Position numbers and translations under genes: made by a program. Of a DNA stretch of 64,000 nt, positions 1 to 10,069 are shown one piece after another. Below the pieces are notes generated by a model that was not told the origin of the DNA, did no database searches, and saw nothing but the letters and a program-made list of their open reading frames with translations. Source of the DNA: an uncultured Acidobacteriota bacterium (lineage in GTDB: Bacteria > Acidobacteriota > Vicinamibacteria > Vicinamibacterales > 2-12-FULL-66-21); assembly GCA_963787175.1 (NCBI GenBank), contig CAWBCA010000013.1:394008-458007 (forward strand), in the 5' to 3' direction. The number at the start of each line of letters is the position of its first letter. Positions within the stretch are counted from its first letter, which is position 1.

Positions 1-2
1 CG

Positions 3-149
3 TTTCACAAGTTTGCGGCGCTCGTATCGTCCCAGGTGACCAAGCTGCGCGCCATGGGCAATGCGGAAGTGGCGTTCCGGGTCGCGGTGACGGATGGAAG
101 GGTGAACTTTACGGTGCGCGGACTGAAGGGAGCGAAGGCTGAGGCCTGA
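3..149 (+). CDS. 3' end of an unidentified gene entering from the left edge (...AEVAFRVAVTDGRVNFTVRGLKGAKAEA*)
   Basis: Frame open from the window edge to TGA 147-149 with GC-rich third codon positions. Too short for the ORF track. No family recognised. Confidence 0.3.
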   Translation, partial: FHKFAALVSSQVTKLRAMGNAEVAFRVAVTDGRVNFTVRGLKGAKAEA

Positions 150-165
150 TGCTGGCGTCGTGGAA

Positions 166-190
166 CCGGAGGCACTCGTCGCGCCTCCGG
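166..190. terminator. Perfect 8-bp GC stem-loop (CCGGAGGC-N9-GCCTCCGG) in the convergent gap between the left-edge gene and csp; candidate bidirectional terminator
   Basis: Inverted repeat read directly. It sits between two converging stop codons (149 and 205). No clean U-tract on either strand. Confidence 0.35.
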
Positions 191-204
191 CTCCGCACGG
201 GAAA

Positions 205-411
205 CTAGGTGACCTTGGTGACGTTGCCGGCCTGCGGGCCCTTGGGACCGTCAACGATCTCGAACTCGACCGCCTGGCCCTCCTCGAGCGTCCTGAAACC
301 ATTGCCTTGAACGGCCGAGAAGTGGACGAACACATCGCTGCCGCCGTCGCGCTCGATGAATCCGTAGCCTTTGGCGTTGTTGAACCACTTGACCTTGCCT
401 GTGATACGCAT
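205..411 (-). CDS. Cold-shock protein, CspA family (68 aa, single cold-shock domain)
   Basis: [68 protein letters not shown] carries the RNP1 (KGYGFI) and RNP2 (VFVHF) motifs. It is the internal ATG (411) of the long artefactual ORF 205..1635. Confidence 0.95.
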   Translation of the reverse strand: MRITGKVKWFNNAKGYGFIERDGGSDVFVHFSAVQGNGFRTLEEGQAVEFEIVDGPKGPQAGNVTKVT

Positions 412-499
412 CGTACTTTTCCTGCCTTGCAATGGCGCGACGCAGGGCGCCGCATGACCCGTCCGTCTGGTGCTCCGGGGTGCGGAGGCCGTTGGACAC

Positions 500-525
500 A
501 AAAAAAGACCGCGAGTGCCGCGGCC
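500..525 (-). promoter_or_regulatory. Terminator-like hairpin plus U7 inside the predicted csp 5' leader (candidate attenuator)
   Basis: Minus strand reads GGCCGCG-GCACT-CGCGGTC followed by TTTTTTT. It lies between the predicted csp promoter (563-591) and the csp ATG (411). Confidence 0.4.
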
Positions 526-562
526 TCGGCTTTCGACGCTGGCCCGCCCAGCGCCGGGGGAG

Positions 563-591
563 ATGGTAGCGCTGACCACGGGCCTTGTCAA
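563..591 (-). promoter_or_regulatory. Sigma70-type promoter for csp (-35 TTGACA, 17-nt spacer, -10 TACCAT)
   Basis: Minus strand reads TTGACA (591..586), 17 nt, then TACCAT (568..563). This implies a ~145-nt leader, as is typical for cspA-type mRNAs. Confidence 0.5.
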
Positions 592-606
592 CGGTGATGT
601 AACTAT

Positions 607-2165
607 ATGCGTGCAATTCTGAGTGTTTCCGACAAGAGCGGCCTTGCCGACCTCGGCCGGGGCCTGGCGGACATGAAGGTCGAGCTGGTATCCACCGGCG
701 GCACCGCAAAGGCCCTGGCAACCGCCGGGCTCCCGGTCGTCAGCGTCGGGGAGGTCACGGGGTTCCCCGAGATGATGGACGGGCGCGTGAAGACGCTGCA
801 CCCGGCCGTCCATGCGGGAATTCTCGCGCGCCGCGACCGCCCGGACGATCTTGCCGCCCTGACCGCCCACGGCATCACCGCGGTGGATCTGGTGGTGGTC
901 AACCTGTATCCGTTTGCGGATGCCGCCGCGCGCGCCGGGACGCCGTTCGACGAGCTGGTGGAGGAGATCGACATCGGCGGCCCGAGCCTGGTTCGCGCGG
1001 CCGCCAAGAACTTCCGTCACGTGCTGGTCGTCGTGGATCCCGGCGACTACCCCCGCCTGCTGGAGGCGCTCCGCCGCGACGGGAACCCGTCCCTCGAGTT
1101 CCGCTTCGAGCTGATGCGGAAAGCCTTCGCGCACACGGCGCGGTACGACACCACGATCGCGCAGGCGATGGAGATGGTGGACCCGGCAGGCGGGACGATG
1201 ACGCGTCGAGCGCTTCCACGCGGGCATGGAGCCCGCCGCACGCTCCGCTACGGCGAGAACCCGCATCAGAAGGCGAGCTGGCAGCTGCCGTCCCCGGACC
1301 TCGGCGAACCGTGGCAGGTGCATCAGGGCAAGGAGCTCTCGTATACCAACCTGCTGGATCTCGACGCTGCGCTCCGCCTCACGCGCGAGTTCGACGAGGC
1401 CGCGGCCGTCGTGATCAAGCACACCAACCCGTGCGGGGTCGCCACCGGGATCTCGGCTGCGGCCGCCTACGTCCGCGCGCGCGAGGCCGATCCGCTCTCT
1501 GCGTTCGGCGGCATCGTCGGGTTGAACCGCGCGATCGACGTGGAGACCGCGGCGGCGCTCACCGCGACGTTCATCGAGGCGGTGATCGCACCTCGATCGA
1601 GGCGGATGCCAGGAGCGTGCTGGCGGCGCGGGCAAACCTGCGCGTGGTCACCGCCGCCGAAGGCGGCGGCAGCGGTCTGGTGGACGGGCGGGAAGAAACC
1701 CGATCGTTCCTGGGTGGTGTGCTGTCGCAGGATCGCGACGAAGTGACCGAGGCGCGGCGGCCCTGGCCCGCCGACGGATTGACGAGGGTCGTGACGAAGC
1801 GCACGCCGACCGCAGACGAGTGGACCGGGCTGCGATTCGCCTGGCGGGTCTGCGCCCACGTCAAGTCCAACGCGGTGATCTTCACCGCCGCGGACTGCAC
1901 GATTGCGATTGGTGCGGGGCAGATGAGCCGCGTCGATGCCGTCAAGGTCGCCGTGATGAAGGCATCTCCAGGAGCCCTGCAGGGATCGGTCGCCGCCTCC
2001 GATGCGTTCTTCCCGTTTCGTGACGGGCTCGACGCACTGGCGGCCGCAGGCGCCACAGCGGTCGTCCAGCCCGGCGGCTCGGTGCGGGACGCCGAAGTCA
2101 TCGCTGCGGCCGACGAACGCGGCCTCGCCATGGTCTTCACCGGACGACGCCACTTCAGGCACTGA
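607..2165 (+). CDS. purH: Bifunctional AICAR formyltransferase / IMP cyclohydrolase; one frame break near 1590
   Basis: N-terminal MGS-like domain ([13 protein letters not shown]...[10 protein letters not shown]) and AICARFT domain ([16 protein letters not shown]). The C-terminal part (...[10 protein letters not shown]) continues in the frame of ORF 1311..2165. The break fits a missing C in a CC run. Confidence 0.93.
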
Positions 2166-3853
2166 TGTCCGAGCGCACGCGGCGGCTGACCCTCGTCCTG
2201 GTGCTCGGCGCCGCGGTCGTTCCGTATTTCCTGGGCCTCGGCGACTCCGCCATCTGGGATGCGAACGAGGCGTTCTACGTCGAGACGCCGCGCGAGATGA
2301 TCGAGCGCGGAGACTACGTCGGCCCCACCTTCAACTACGAGCCGCGGCTGAACAAGCCGGTCCTCAGTTACTGGATCGTGGCGGCGTTCTACCAGGCATT
2401 CGGCATCTCGGTGGGCGTGCAGCGGCTGCCGATCGCCCTGGCCGCCGTGGGCCTGATCGCCACCGCGCTGCTCCTCGCGTGGCTCGCATACGCCGGCCCC
2501 GGCGGCGCCAGGTCCCGCTCCGAGGCGGCGCTCTGGGCCGCCATCGGCCTGGCGGTGTCGCCCCGGCTGCTGATGTTCGCGCGCCGCATCTTCATCGACA
2601 TGTACACCTCGCTGTTCATGGCGCTGACGCTCCTGGCGTTTGCCGCGTCGGAACGTTACCCGGAACGGCGGCGGCTGCTGCTGGTCCTGATGTATGTATG
2701 CGTGGGCCTCGGCGTCCTCACCAAGGGTCCCGTAGCGGCGGTCCTGCCGGCAATGGTCTTCGCGGTGTACCTGCTGATGCACCGGGAGTTGAAGCGGGTC
2801 ACGACGATGATGCTCCCGGCCGGCGCCGCGATCGTGCTGATCGTCGTCGTCCCCTGGTACGCGGCGCTCTACCAGCGCGAAGGCTGGACGCCCATCGTTT
2901 CCTTCTTCGTCGGGGAGAATCTCGATCGATTCACGTCGGGCCTCGGCGTGCGCGTGGCGCGCGGCCCGTTCTTCTACATACCGGTCGTCTTCAGCGATTC
3001 GTTCCCGTGGGCGCTGCTGCTCGTGCCTGCGGCGAGCGCCTGGTGGCGCGATCGGCGCGGCGGCAGCGCGATCGGGCCGGCCGCGCGCGTGCGTGCGCTC
3101 CTCTGGCTGTGGATTCTGGTGATCGTCGCCTTCTTCTCGTTGTCGGCCGGCAAGCAGGACCTCTACATCTTTCCAATCGTCCCGGCCATCGCGGCATTGG
3201 CCGGGTGCGTGCTCGCACGGGCCACCGTCGAGGGGTCGTCGGGAGAGCGTGCGATCGTCGCGAGAACCACCGCCGTCATCGCAGCGGTCCTGCTTGCGAT
3301 CGGCGCCGGACTGATCTATCTGGTTCGCGCGGCGGGCGCGACCTACGCGATCGACGGCGTCACGGCAGTCGGTGCAATCGGCGCGCTCACGGGAGCGCTG
3401 GGCATCTGGCTGGCGGCCCGGCGGCGTGTCTTCACGGCAGCGGCGGCGCTCGCGGTCGGCTTCGTCGCGCTCAACGGCGTGCTGGTTCTGCGGACGCTCC
3501 CCAGCTTCGAAGTGTACAAACCGGTGCCGGTGTTCGCGGCGGCCATCCACGTGCGCGCCGCAGCGGACGACGTGGTGGCGACTTATCACCAGGCGCTCCC
3601 GAGCCTGGTGTTCTATCTGCGCCGCCACGTGGAGGAGATCTTCGATCCGGTGGAGCTTGCCGGGATTCTCGGATCCGGCCGGCGCGTGTTCGTGGTGATG
3701 TCGAGCAAGGACTACGAGACAGTGAGCGGTCAGGCGCCGGACCCGCTCTGCGAAATCGACAGGCAGCCGACCTTCGACGTCAGGCTGAGGAACGTGCTCG
3801 CCCGCGAGCCGCTGCCGGAGCTGGTACTGATCACGAACCGCTGTGGGGAATAG
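2165..3853 (+). CDS. Glycosyltransferase family 39 (ArnT/PMT-like polytopic membrane glycosyltransferase)
   Basis: 562 aa with many TM segments. The N-terminal loop IWDANEAFYVETPREMIERGDYVGPTFNYEPRLNKPVLSYW is typical of ArnT/PMT_2 proteins. The ATG overlaps the purH TGA (TGATG). Confidence 0.75.
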   Translation: MSERTRRLTLVLVLGAAVVPYFLGLGDSAIWDANEAFYVETPREMIERGDYVGPTFNYEPRLNKPVLSYWIVAAFYQAFGISVGVQRLPIALAAVGLIATALLLAWLAYAGPGGARSRSEAALWAAIGLAVSPRLLMFARRIFIDMYTSLFMALTLLAFAASERYPERRRLLLVLMYVCVGLGVLTKGPVAAVLPAMVFAVYLLMHRELKRVTTMMLPAGAAIVLIVVVPWYAALYQREGWTPIVSFFVGENLDRFTSGLGVRVARGPFFYIPVVFSDSFPWALLLVPAASAWWRDRRGGSAIGPAARVRALLWLWILVIVAFFSLSAGKQDLYIFPIVPAIAALAGCVLARATVEGSSGERAIVARTTAVIAAVLLAIGAGLIYLVRAAGATYAIDGVTAVGAIGALTGALGIWLAARRRVFTAAAALAVGFVALNGVLVLRTLPSFEVYKPVPVFAAAIHVRAAADDVVATYHQALPSLVFYLRRHVEEIFDPVELAGILGSGRRVFVVMSSKDYETVSGQAPDPLCEIDRQPTFDVRLRNVLAREPLPELVLITNRCGE

Positions 3854-3960
3854 TCCCCCTGCTCCTGTGGGGCACCCAGAGTGGCACCGTCGTCCGGGTG
3901 CTGATCCCTGGCAGGACGCACGACCCCCACGCGCCGTCGCAGCCCGTCGGGAGCCCGGCC

Positions 3961-5155
3961 TCAGGCGGCCTGTGATGGGTGTCTGACTGCGGGCGCGGTC
4001 GCCGGCACGCGGTCGGCGGCGTAGGGCAGCGTGATCAACAGCAGGAAGAGCATCAGGAACTCGGAGTCGCCGAAGTTGTTATCGAACATGCCCGCCGCGA
4101 GCATCGCGACCACACCCGCGAGCGCAGCGGTGGCAAGCGACGGCAGGGCGGAACTGCGCGCCCGGCGGAGGAAGTCGCGCAGCAGGACCACGATGAACCA
4201 GAGCCAGATCGCCAGCGCAGGCAGCCCCCGCTCGGCCGCGATCTGAAGCGGCACGTTGTGGAGGTGCGGGTTCAGCTGCTTGGTGGCGCGCGGATCCCGG
4301 TAGTGCGGGTAGACCTGGATCACCATATCCGGCCCCACCCCCGTGAGCGGGTCATCCTTGATGATGTGCATCCCGGACCGGATCATCGCCATCCGGTCCA
4401 CGTTGGTCGGGTCGGTCAGCCTGAACGTGGAGTAGAGACGGTCGGCAATCTGGGCCGGCGCGAAGGCAAGGAACAGCGCCGCCGCGACCGGCACGAGCGC
4501 GACGAGCCGGAAGTCCCGCAGCACGAAGAGCAGGCTGATGCCCGCGCAGGCGCCGACCCACGCGTTGCGGCTGAACGTCAGCGCGAGCGCGACGAGGACC
4601 GCAGGCATGATGAGCGCGGCCCACAGGCGGTCCTGGGTGCGGAACATGACACGCGCCGCCGCCACGCAGCCGACGAGCATGATCACGCCGGAGTAGGTCA
4701 TGTAGTGGCCGAGCGTGCCCTGCACCCGCTGCCCGAGGTTGTCGAAGTTGAGGATGCCGGTACTGAACGATGCCGTAGACCGCGCTCAATGCGCCGGCGG
4801 TGATCATGACGTCGACCGCCTTGAGCGTGCGCGCGCCAGGCAGCAGCCGGTAGGCAATCGGCACGATCGCGAAGAGCAGGAGCTGCTTGGAGTCCCTGAA
4901 GCTGACCTGGTGATCGACCGAGAAGGCGGACGACACCAGGGTGGCGGCCCCGTACGCCAGGAGCGGCCAGAACATCGCCGGCACCGCGATGCGCTCGCGG
5001 CCGCGGATCACGATGACGAGCCAGAGCAGCGCGACGACCGAGATCAGGAGCTCTGCCGCGAAGATCGAGAACTGAGGGGCGCCGGCAAAGGCCAGCAGGA
5101 CCACGTACGCGACCCGCTCCAGACCCGATCGCGACGGGTCCTGGCTGGCGATCAC
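3961..5155 (-). CDS. O-antigen ligase (Wzy_C/WaaL-like) family membrane protein; one frame break near 4760
   Basis: Polytopic membrane protein with the motifs TFSRNAWVGA and NPHLHNVPLQIAAERG. The N-terminal half is in the frame of ORF 4352..5260. GTG 5155 overlaps the upstream TGA (GTGA). Confidence 0.75.
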
Positions 5156-6243
5156 GGGGCCCTCCCCGCCAGCAGGCGCTCGGCTGCTGCGATGACCCGT
5201 TCCGGCTGCAATGTCGTCAGGCATCGAAAATCGCCAGGCTCGCACACACGCTGATCGCACGGGCGGCAGCTGAGGCCGTCAACGTGCAGGGACGCCGTCG
5301 GGATCCGCGGGTCCCGCCACGGCGCCGACCGTTCGGCGAGTGTCGGGCCGTAAATCCCGACCACGGGGGTCGACGTGGTCGCTGCGACGTGCAGCGGTCC
5401 GGTGTCGCCGCCGATGAACAACCGGCTGCGTGCGATGACGGCACGCAACTCGGACAGGTCCAGCTCCCCGCAGTCCACGATACGATCCGCCTCGGCCCCG
5501 AGTTGTTGGCCCGCCTGGGCGGTGATGCGCGCCGCCGCCGAGCGATCCGACGGCCCGGAGCTGAGCACCAGGCGCCGGTCGGGCGCCTGCCGCGCCAGCG
5601 AGACGACCAGCCGGACGAACGCGCCCTCCGGCCACCGGCGGAACGGGTTTCCCGCGCTGACGTGCACGACGATCAGCGTGTCGGTGTCCCGCACGCCCGC
5701 CGCGCGCAGGCGCCCCGCCACGCTGGCACAGGCACCCGCGCTGGGCGCCATGTAGACCGGATCGCGTATCGGGTCCGCTGGCTCTGTCGGCCATCCGTCG
5801 ATTGCCGTCAGCAGGTCCCACTGGTTGAGCACGGAGTGGCGAGGGTGCAGGCCCCGCGGCCGGTGGACCATCCGCGTGTAGACGCCGCGACGGCCCTGGA
5901 TATCGTAGCCGATCCGGGACCGCGCGCCGGTCGCCAGTGTCAGCAAGGCGCTGCGCGGGCCGCCGTGGAGGTCGAGGACGAGGTCGAACCGCGAACGACG
6001 GAGCTGGAAGGCCAGGCGGGCGTCCGCGAGCAGCCGGCGCCAGCCGCCGATCCTGGCGGTCACGATCAGCGCGTCCACGTGCGGGTTGCCCGCCAGGACC
6101 GGCGCGGATTCCTGTTCGACGAGGTAGCTCAGGCGCGCGGCGGGGAACGTCCGCTTCAGCGCGCCGAGGAGAGGGGTCGTGAACACCACGTCTCCGATCA
6201 GGCGGAGGCGGATGAGCAGGATGTTCGTCGGGGTCGCCGACAT
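5152..6243 (-). CDS. Glycosyltransferase family 9 (ADP-heptose:LPS heptosyltransferase-like)
   Basis: The N-terminus ILLIRLRLIGDVVFTTPLLGALKRTFP and the C-terminal GGDTGPLHVAAT motif are characteristic of GT9. Confidence 0.85.
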   Translation of the reverse strand: MSATPTNILLIRLRLIGDVVFTTPLLGALKRTFPAARLSYLVEQESAPVLAGNPHVDALIVTARIGGWRRLLADARLAFQLRRSRFDLVLDLHGGPRSALLTLATGARSRIGYDIQGRRGVYTRMVHRPRGLHPRHSVLNQWDLLTAIDGWPTEPADPIRDPVYMAPSAGACASVAGRLRAAGVRDTDTLIVVHVSAGNPFRRWPEGAFVRLVVSLARQAPDRRLVLSSGPSDRSAAARITAQAGQQLGAEADRIVDCGELDLSELRAVIARSRLFIGGDTGPLHVAATTSTPVVGIYGPTLAERSAPWRDPRIPTASLHVDGLSCRPCDQRVCEPGDFRCLTTLQPERVIAAAERLLAGRAP

Positions 6244-6249
6244 CGACCG

Positions 6250-6420
6250 TCAGGGCTCGATGGTCGCTTCGTCTATCAGCATCACCGGAATGTCGTCCTT
6301 GATGGGGTAGACCCGCTTGCATTGGCCGCACTTGAGGGCGGAACCGTTCTTGACGAGCTCTACCTTCGTCTTGCAGCTGGGGCAGGCGAGGATGTCGAGC
6401 AGTTCGGGATCTACGGGCAT
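6250..6420 (-). CDS. Trm112/YcaR family small zinc-ribbon protein
   Basis: MPVDPELLDILACPSCKTKVELVKNGSALKCGQCKRVYPIKDDIPVMLIDEA. The internal ATG at 6420 is chosen over the longer ORF start. Confidence 0.85.
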   Translation of the reverse strand: MPVDPELLDILACPSCKTKVELVKNGSALKCGQCKRVYPIKDDIPVMLIDEATIEP

Positions 6421-6499
6421 GCGGGGTGCTCCATCGCCGGCCCCTGGTTGCGCCCGGGGCCGACTCGCCCGCACTATAGCAGATGGGGGGTCCGCGCGT

Positions 6500-6529
6500 T
6501 CGTCAGGCGCGCGCCGCCTTCACTATAAT
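6500..6529 (+). promoter_or_regulatory. Promoter with perfect -10 TATAAT (6524-6529) and weak -35 TCGTCA; possibly gives a leaderless or near-leaderless TPR mRNA
   Basis: TATAAT ends 7 nt before ATG 6537. A perfect hexamer is rare at this GC content, and this one is intergenic and correctly oriented. Confidence 0.45.
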
Positions 6530-6536
6530 CAAGGGG

Positions 6537-7958
6537 ATGGTGCCATTGCTGCTTGCCGTGCTCCTGGTGGTCGGCCTGGGCTCTCCGGCAGGTCAGCCGA
6601 CGGAAAGTGCTGCCCCGGATGGCCCGTCCTACTACTTCATGCTCGGCCGTCACCTCGAAGGGGAGGGCAAGGCCGAGGAGGCTATCGCCGCGCACAAGCA
6701 GGCCATTGCGCTGGCGCCGGGCTCGGCGGAGCTCCGGGCCGAGTTGGCAGGCGTCTATGCGCGGAACGACCGCGCGACCGAGGCGCTCGAGACCGCGCAG
6801 GGTGCGCTCGAACGCGACCCCGCGAACCAGGAAGCCAACCGGATCCTGGGCACGATCTACGCGGCATTGTCCGAGCAGGGCCAGCCGGTCCGGCCCGGGG
6901 ACAACGTTGCGGAGTACCCGTCGCGCGCCATCGACGCCCTCGAGAAGGCCCGCGGCGACCGGACCGCCGATCTCAATATCGACCTGCTGCTGGGCCGGCT
7001 CTATGCCCAGTCGGGCGAGTTCGACAAGGCGCTGCCGCTGCTCCGCCGGGTCGTCGAGGAGCAGCCGGGGTATCAGGATGGCGTCCTGCTGCTTTCTGCA
7101 GCCGAGGAGGGCGCCGGCTCGCCAGACGACGCGATTGCCACGCTCGAGGAAGCGGTCGGCGCCAATCCCAAGTTCTACCGCGGGCAGCTTCGGCTGGCGG
7201 AGACGTACGAGCGGGCGCGCCGCTGGCCCGAGGCGGCCCAGGCGTTCGAGCGGGCTCTCACGCTGAACACCCGGAACACCGCCCTGATCCCGCGCCGCGC
7301 GGTGGCCCTCATCAACGCCGGCCAGGCGGCCGAGGCGCGGCGTGTCCTGGAACCGCTGGTCGGCGGCTCGACGCCGCCCGATCCAGCCTTGCTGTACCTG
7401 CTGGCGGAGGCACAGAGAGCCGATCGGGATCTCGAGACTGCGGAGGCGACCGCGCGCAAGCTGATCGCATCCAATCCGAACGACGTCCGCGGCCTTCACG
7501 TGCTGTCGTTGATTCAGCAGGACCGGGGAGACCCCAAGGCGGCCGAAGCCACGCTGCGCGACCTCGTCACCCGCGCCCCTCAGGACGCCAACGCGCTGAA
7601 CTCGCTGGGGTATCTGCTCGCCGAGCGTGGCGAGCAGTTGGAAGAGGCGGTCGGACTGGTGCAGCGCGCGCTCACGATCGACCCGGGCAACCCGTCGTAC
7701 CTCGACTCGCTCGGATGGGCCTTCTTTCAGCAGGGCCGGTTCGACCAGGCCGACGAGCCCCTGACCCAGGCCGCGGCCAAGCTGCAGACGAGCTCCGTCG
7801 TGCAGGACCATCTGGGCGACCTGCGCTTCAAGCAGCAGCGCTTCGCTGATGCCGCGTCGGCCTGGGAACGCGCCCTTGCCGGCGACGGTCAGTCGATCGA
7901 TCGGTCGAGGATCGAGAAGAAGATTCGCGACGCCCGCGCCCGCATGGATCCGCAGTGA
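6537..7958 (+). CDS. Secreted tetratricopeptide-repeat (TPR) protein
   Basis: Signal-like N-terminus MVPLLLAVLLVVGLG followed by repeated TPR-like A/L/Y-rich 34-aa units along the whole protein. Confidence 0.7.
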   Translation: MVPLLLAVLLVVGLGSPAGQPTESAAPDGPSYYFMLGRHLEGEGKAEEAIAAHKQAIALAPGSAELRAELAGVYARNDRATEALETAQGALERDPANQEANRILGTIYAALSEQGQPVRPGDNVAEYPSRAIDALEKARGDRTADLNIDLLLGRLYAQSGEFDKALPLLRRVVEEQPGYQDGVLLLSAAEEGAGSPDDAIATLEEAVGANPKFYRGQLRLAETYERARRWPEAAQAFERALTLNTRNTALIPRRAVALINAGQAAEARRVLEPLVGGSTPPDPALLYLLAEAQRADRDLETAEATARKLIASNPNDVRGLHVLSLIQQDRGDPKAAEATLRDLVTRAPQDANALNSLGYLLAERGEQLEEAVGLVQRALTIDPGNPSYLDSLGWAFFQQGRFDQADEPLTQAAAKLQTSSVVQDHLGDLRFKQQRFADAASAWERALAGDGQSIDRSRIEKKIRDARARMDPQ

Positions 7959-8824
7959 TCCCGGAGTCTGCGCGTGAGCGGCGCCGCCGCGGCGTCAAAG
8001 CGGTGCTGGGCCTGTGCCTGGCACTGGCAGCCGGGTGCGGCGGCAGGCCAGTGTCCCTGCCAACCACCGGCGGGGTTCCCTTTCCAGACGCCGCATCCGC
8101 GTATGCCGAGGCAACCGGCGCCTGCCGGAGCGTCCGCACCGTGAGCGCGGAGCTGGCGTTGTCCGGTCACGCGGGCGCACAGAAGCTGCGCGGCAGAATC
8201 ATGGGAGGGTTCGCGGAGCCCGGGCGGGTCCGGCTGGAGGCGCCGGCGCCGTTCGGGAAACCGGTGTTCACGCTGGTGGTGAAGGAGGGGACGGCAACGC
8301 TCGTGCTGAACCGCGCCGGCCGCGTGATCCGCGACGCGCCGCCGGCCGAGCTGGTCCAGGCCCTTGCGGGGGTCGCCCTCGGGCCCGACGAGCTGCGCGC
8401 GGCGGTCGCCGGTTGCGGCTTCGGGGTCGAGGAAGTTTCGTCGGGGAAGTCTTTTCCCGGAGACTGGCTGGCGCTCGATGGCACGCATAGCCGCGTCTGG
8501 CTGCGACGGGTGGGAGGTGCGTGGCAGGTAGCCGCCAGCTCCCGCGACAGCCTCGAGCTCCGGTACGAGGCGTTCTCATCCGGCCGGCCATCCGTCGTGC
8601 GGCTCCGCACGACGCCCGCCCAAGGCACCGGGACCGACCTGACGCTGCGGCTGTCGCAGCTCGACCTCGACGTGCCATTCGGCGAGGAGGTGTTCGAGCT
8701 CGAGATTCCTGACGACGCGACGCCACTGACGCTCGACGAACTGAGGAGGACCGGCTTTTCCGGAGGCGGCGAGGCGGCCGGCAGGACTCCAGCCGCCAGC
8801 CGATCTCGAGCCGCTCGCCCTTGA
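7955..8824 (+). CDS. Lipoprotein, LolB-like/DUF4292-like (assigned mainly by position upstream of ispE)
   Basis: Lipobox LALAAGC. Its GTG overlaps the TPR stop (GTGA) and its TGA overlaps the ispE TTG (TTGA). The lolB-ispE-prs order is the classical proteobacterial arrangement. Confidence 0.5.
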   Translation: MIPESARERRRRGVKAVLGLCLALAAGCGGRPVSLPTTGGVPFPDAASAYAEATGACRSVRTVSAELALSGHAGAQKLRGRIMGGFAEPGRVRLEAPAPFGKPVFTLVVKEGTATLVLNRAGRVIRDAPPAELVQALAGVALGPDELRAAVAGCGFGVEEVSSGKSFPGDWLALDGTHSRVWLRRVGGAWQVAASSRDSLELRYEAFSSGRPSVVRLRTTPAQGTGTDLTLRLSQLDLDVPFGEEVFELEIPDDATPLTLDELRRTGFSGGGEAAGRTPAASRSRAARP

Positions 8825-9743
8825 GCGCCAGCGGATTGACCGTCAGCGCGCGCGCGCACGCCAAGGTCAATCTCGACCTTCGGGTGCTGGGCAATCGCCC
8901 CGACGGCTATCACGAAATCCGCACGGTGTTCCAGACCATCGAACTGCACGACACGCTCATCTGCGCGAACAGGCGGGGCCCCTTCGCGCTGAAGTGCCGG
9001 ACACCCCGGGGTGCCACGCGACGAGTCGAACCTGGTCTGGAAGGCGGCGGCGTCGCTCTGGAGCGCCCTCGGCCGCAGCGGCAATCCCGGTGATACGTCC
9101 GTAACCATCGACAAGGTGATTCCCGTCCAGGCCGGACTGGGCGGCGGGAGCGCCGACGCCGCGGCCGCCCTGCGAGGCCTGGGCAGGCTGTGGGGCGGGG
9201 CGCCCCTCGGGCTGCTGCAGGACGTGGCCAGCGGCCTCGGCGCCGATGTCTCCTTCTTTCTGTCGGGCGGCACGGCGCTCGGGCTGGGCCGCGGCGAGGA
9301 GATCTACCCTCTGGTCGACATGCCCTCCCACGCCGTGTTGATCGTCCGGCCGCCTTTCGGGGTGTCGACCCCGGAGGCCTACGCGCTGGTACGACGCGGA
9401 TCGGGCAGCGGGCTTGAAGGGCACCCGGGAACTGCAGCGGCTGCCCGTGCCCTGGCCCAGCCGCGCCGCGCAGATGGTCAACGATCTCGAACCGCCCGTC
9501 GTCCGGCGGCATCCTGAGATTGGGGCCATCCGGACGGCGCTCCAGCAGGCCGGCGCGATTGCCGCGGCCATGTCCGGAAGCGGGTCCGCGGTGTTCGGCC
9601 TGTTCGACGGCCGCCGGGCGGCCGCCGACGCGGCCAGGAAGGTGTCGCAGGAGCGGAGCGCGGGCCATCGTGACACGCACGCTGACGCGGGTGGAATACG
9701 AGCGGCGGTCCCGCCCGACCGTGCCGCGGCCGGCTCGGGGTGA
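8821..9743 (+). CDS. ispE: 4-diphosphocytidyl-2-C-methyl-D-erythritol kinase; at least 3 frame breaks (near 9005, 9400, 9660), 3' end uncertain
   Basis: The GHMP kinase motif [18 protein letters not shown] together with [13 protein letters not shown] and [12 protein letters not shown], spread over three frames. Confidence 0.85.
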
Positions 9744-9990
9744 GGGGGCAACCGGCCGACCCCGGCCTGCCGGGCGCCGCCGCGAATTGACCGGCACGCG
9801 CGCGCACCGTGTAACTTACGGTTTTGCGGACGTGCACCGAGTCCGCGCCTTGCAGTCTGTCGCAGCGGTGACGCCGGACAGCGGCGCTGGCTCCGTCAAC
9901 CCTGGTCGCGCGTTGACGGAGGGCCGCGGTCGGCGCAAGCGGTTGCGAGGCGTGCGCGTGCCGGTGTGTTCGAAGGCCCGCCGCGGATGA

Positions 9991-10065
9991 TGGGGCGTGG
10001 CCAAGCGGTAAGGCGCGGGACTTTGAATCCCGTATTCGAAGGTTCGAATCCTTCCGCCCCAACCA
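9991..10065 (+). tRNA. tRNA-Gln (anticodon TTG)
   Basis: Cloverleaf folded by hand. Acceptor TGGGGCG/CGCCCCA, anticodon arm CGGGA-CTTTGAA-TCCCG, T arm GAAGG-TTCGAAT-CCTTC, encoded CCA. Confidence 0.93.
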
Positions 10066-10069
10066 CTTT

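Noticed and set aside
607-612. Leaderless or promoter signal (TTGTCA ... TAACTAT) directly upstream of purH
   Set aside because: The TTGTCA is the reverse complement of the csp -35 (TTGACA) on the other strand. No hexamer with acceptable spacing to a -10 could be found for purH itself.
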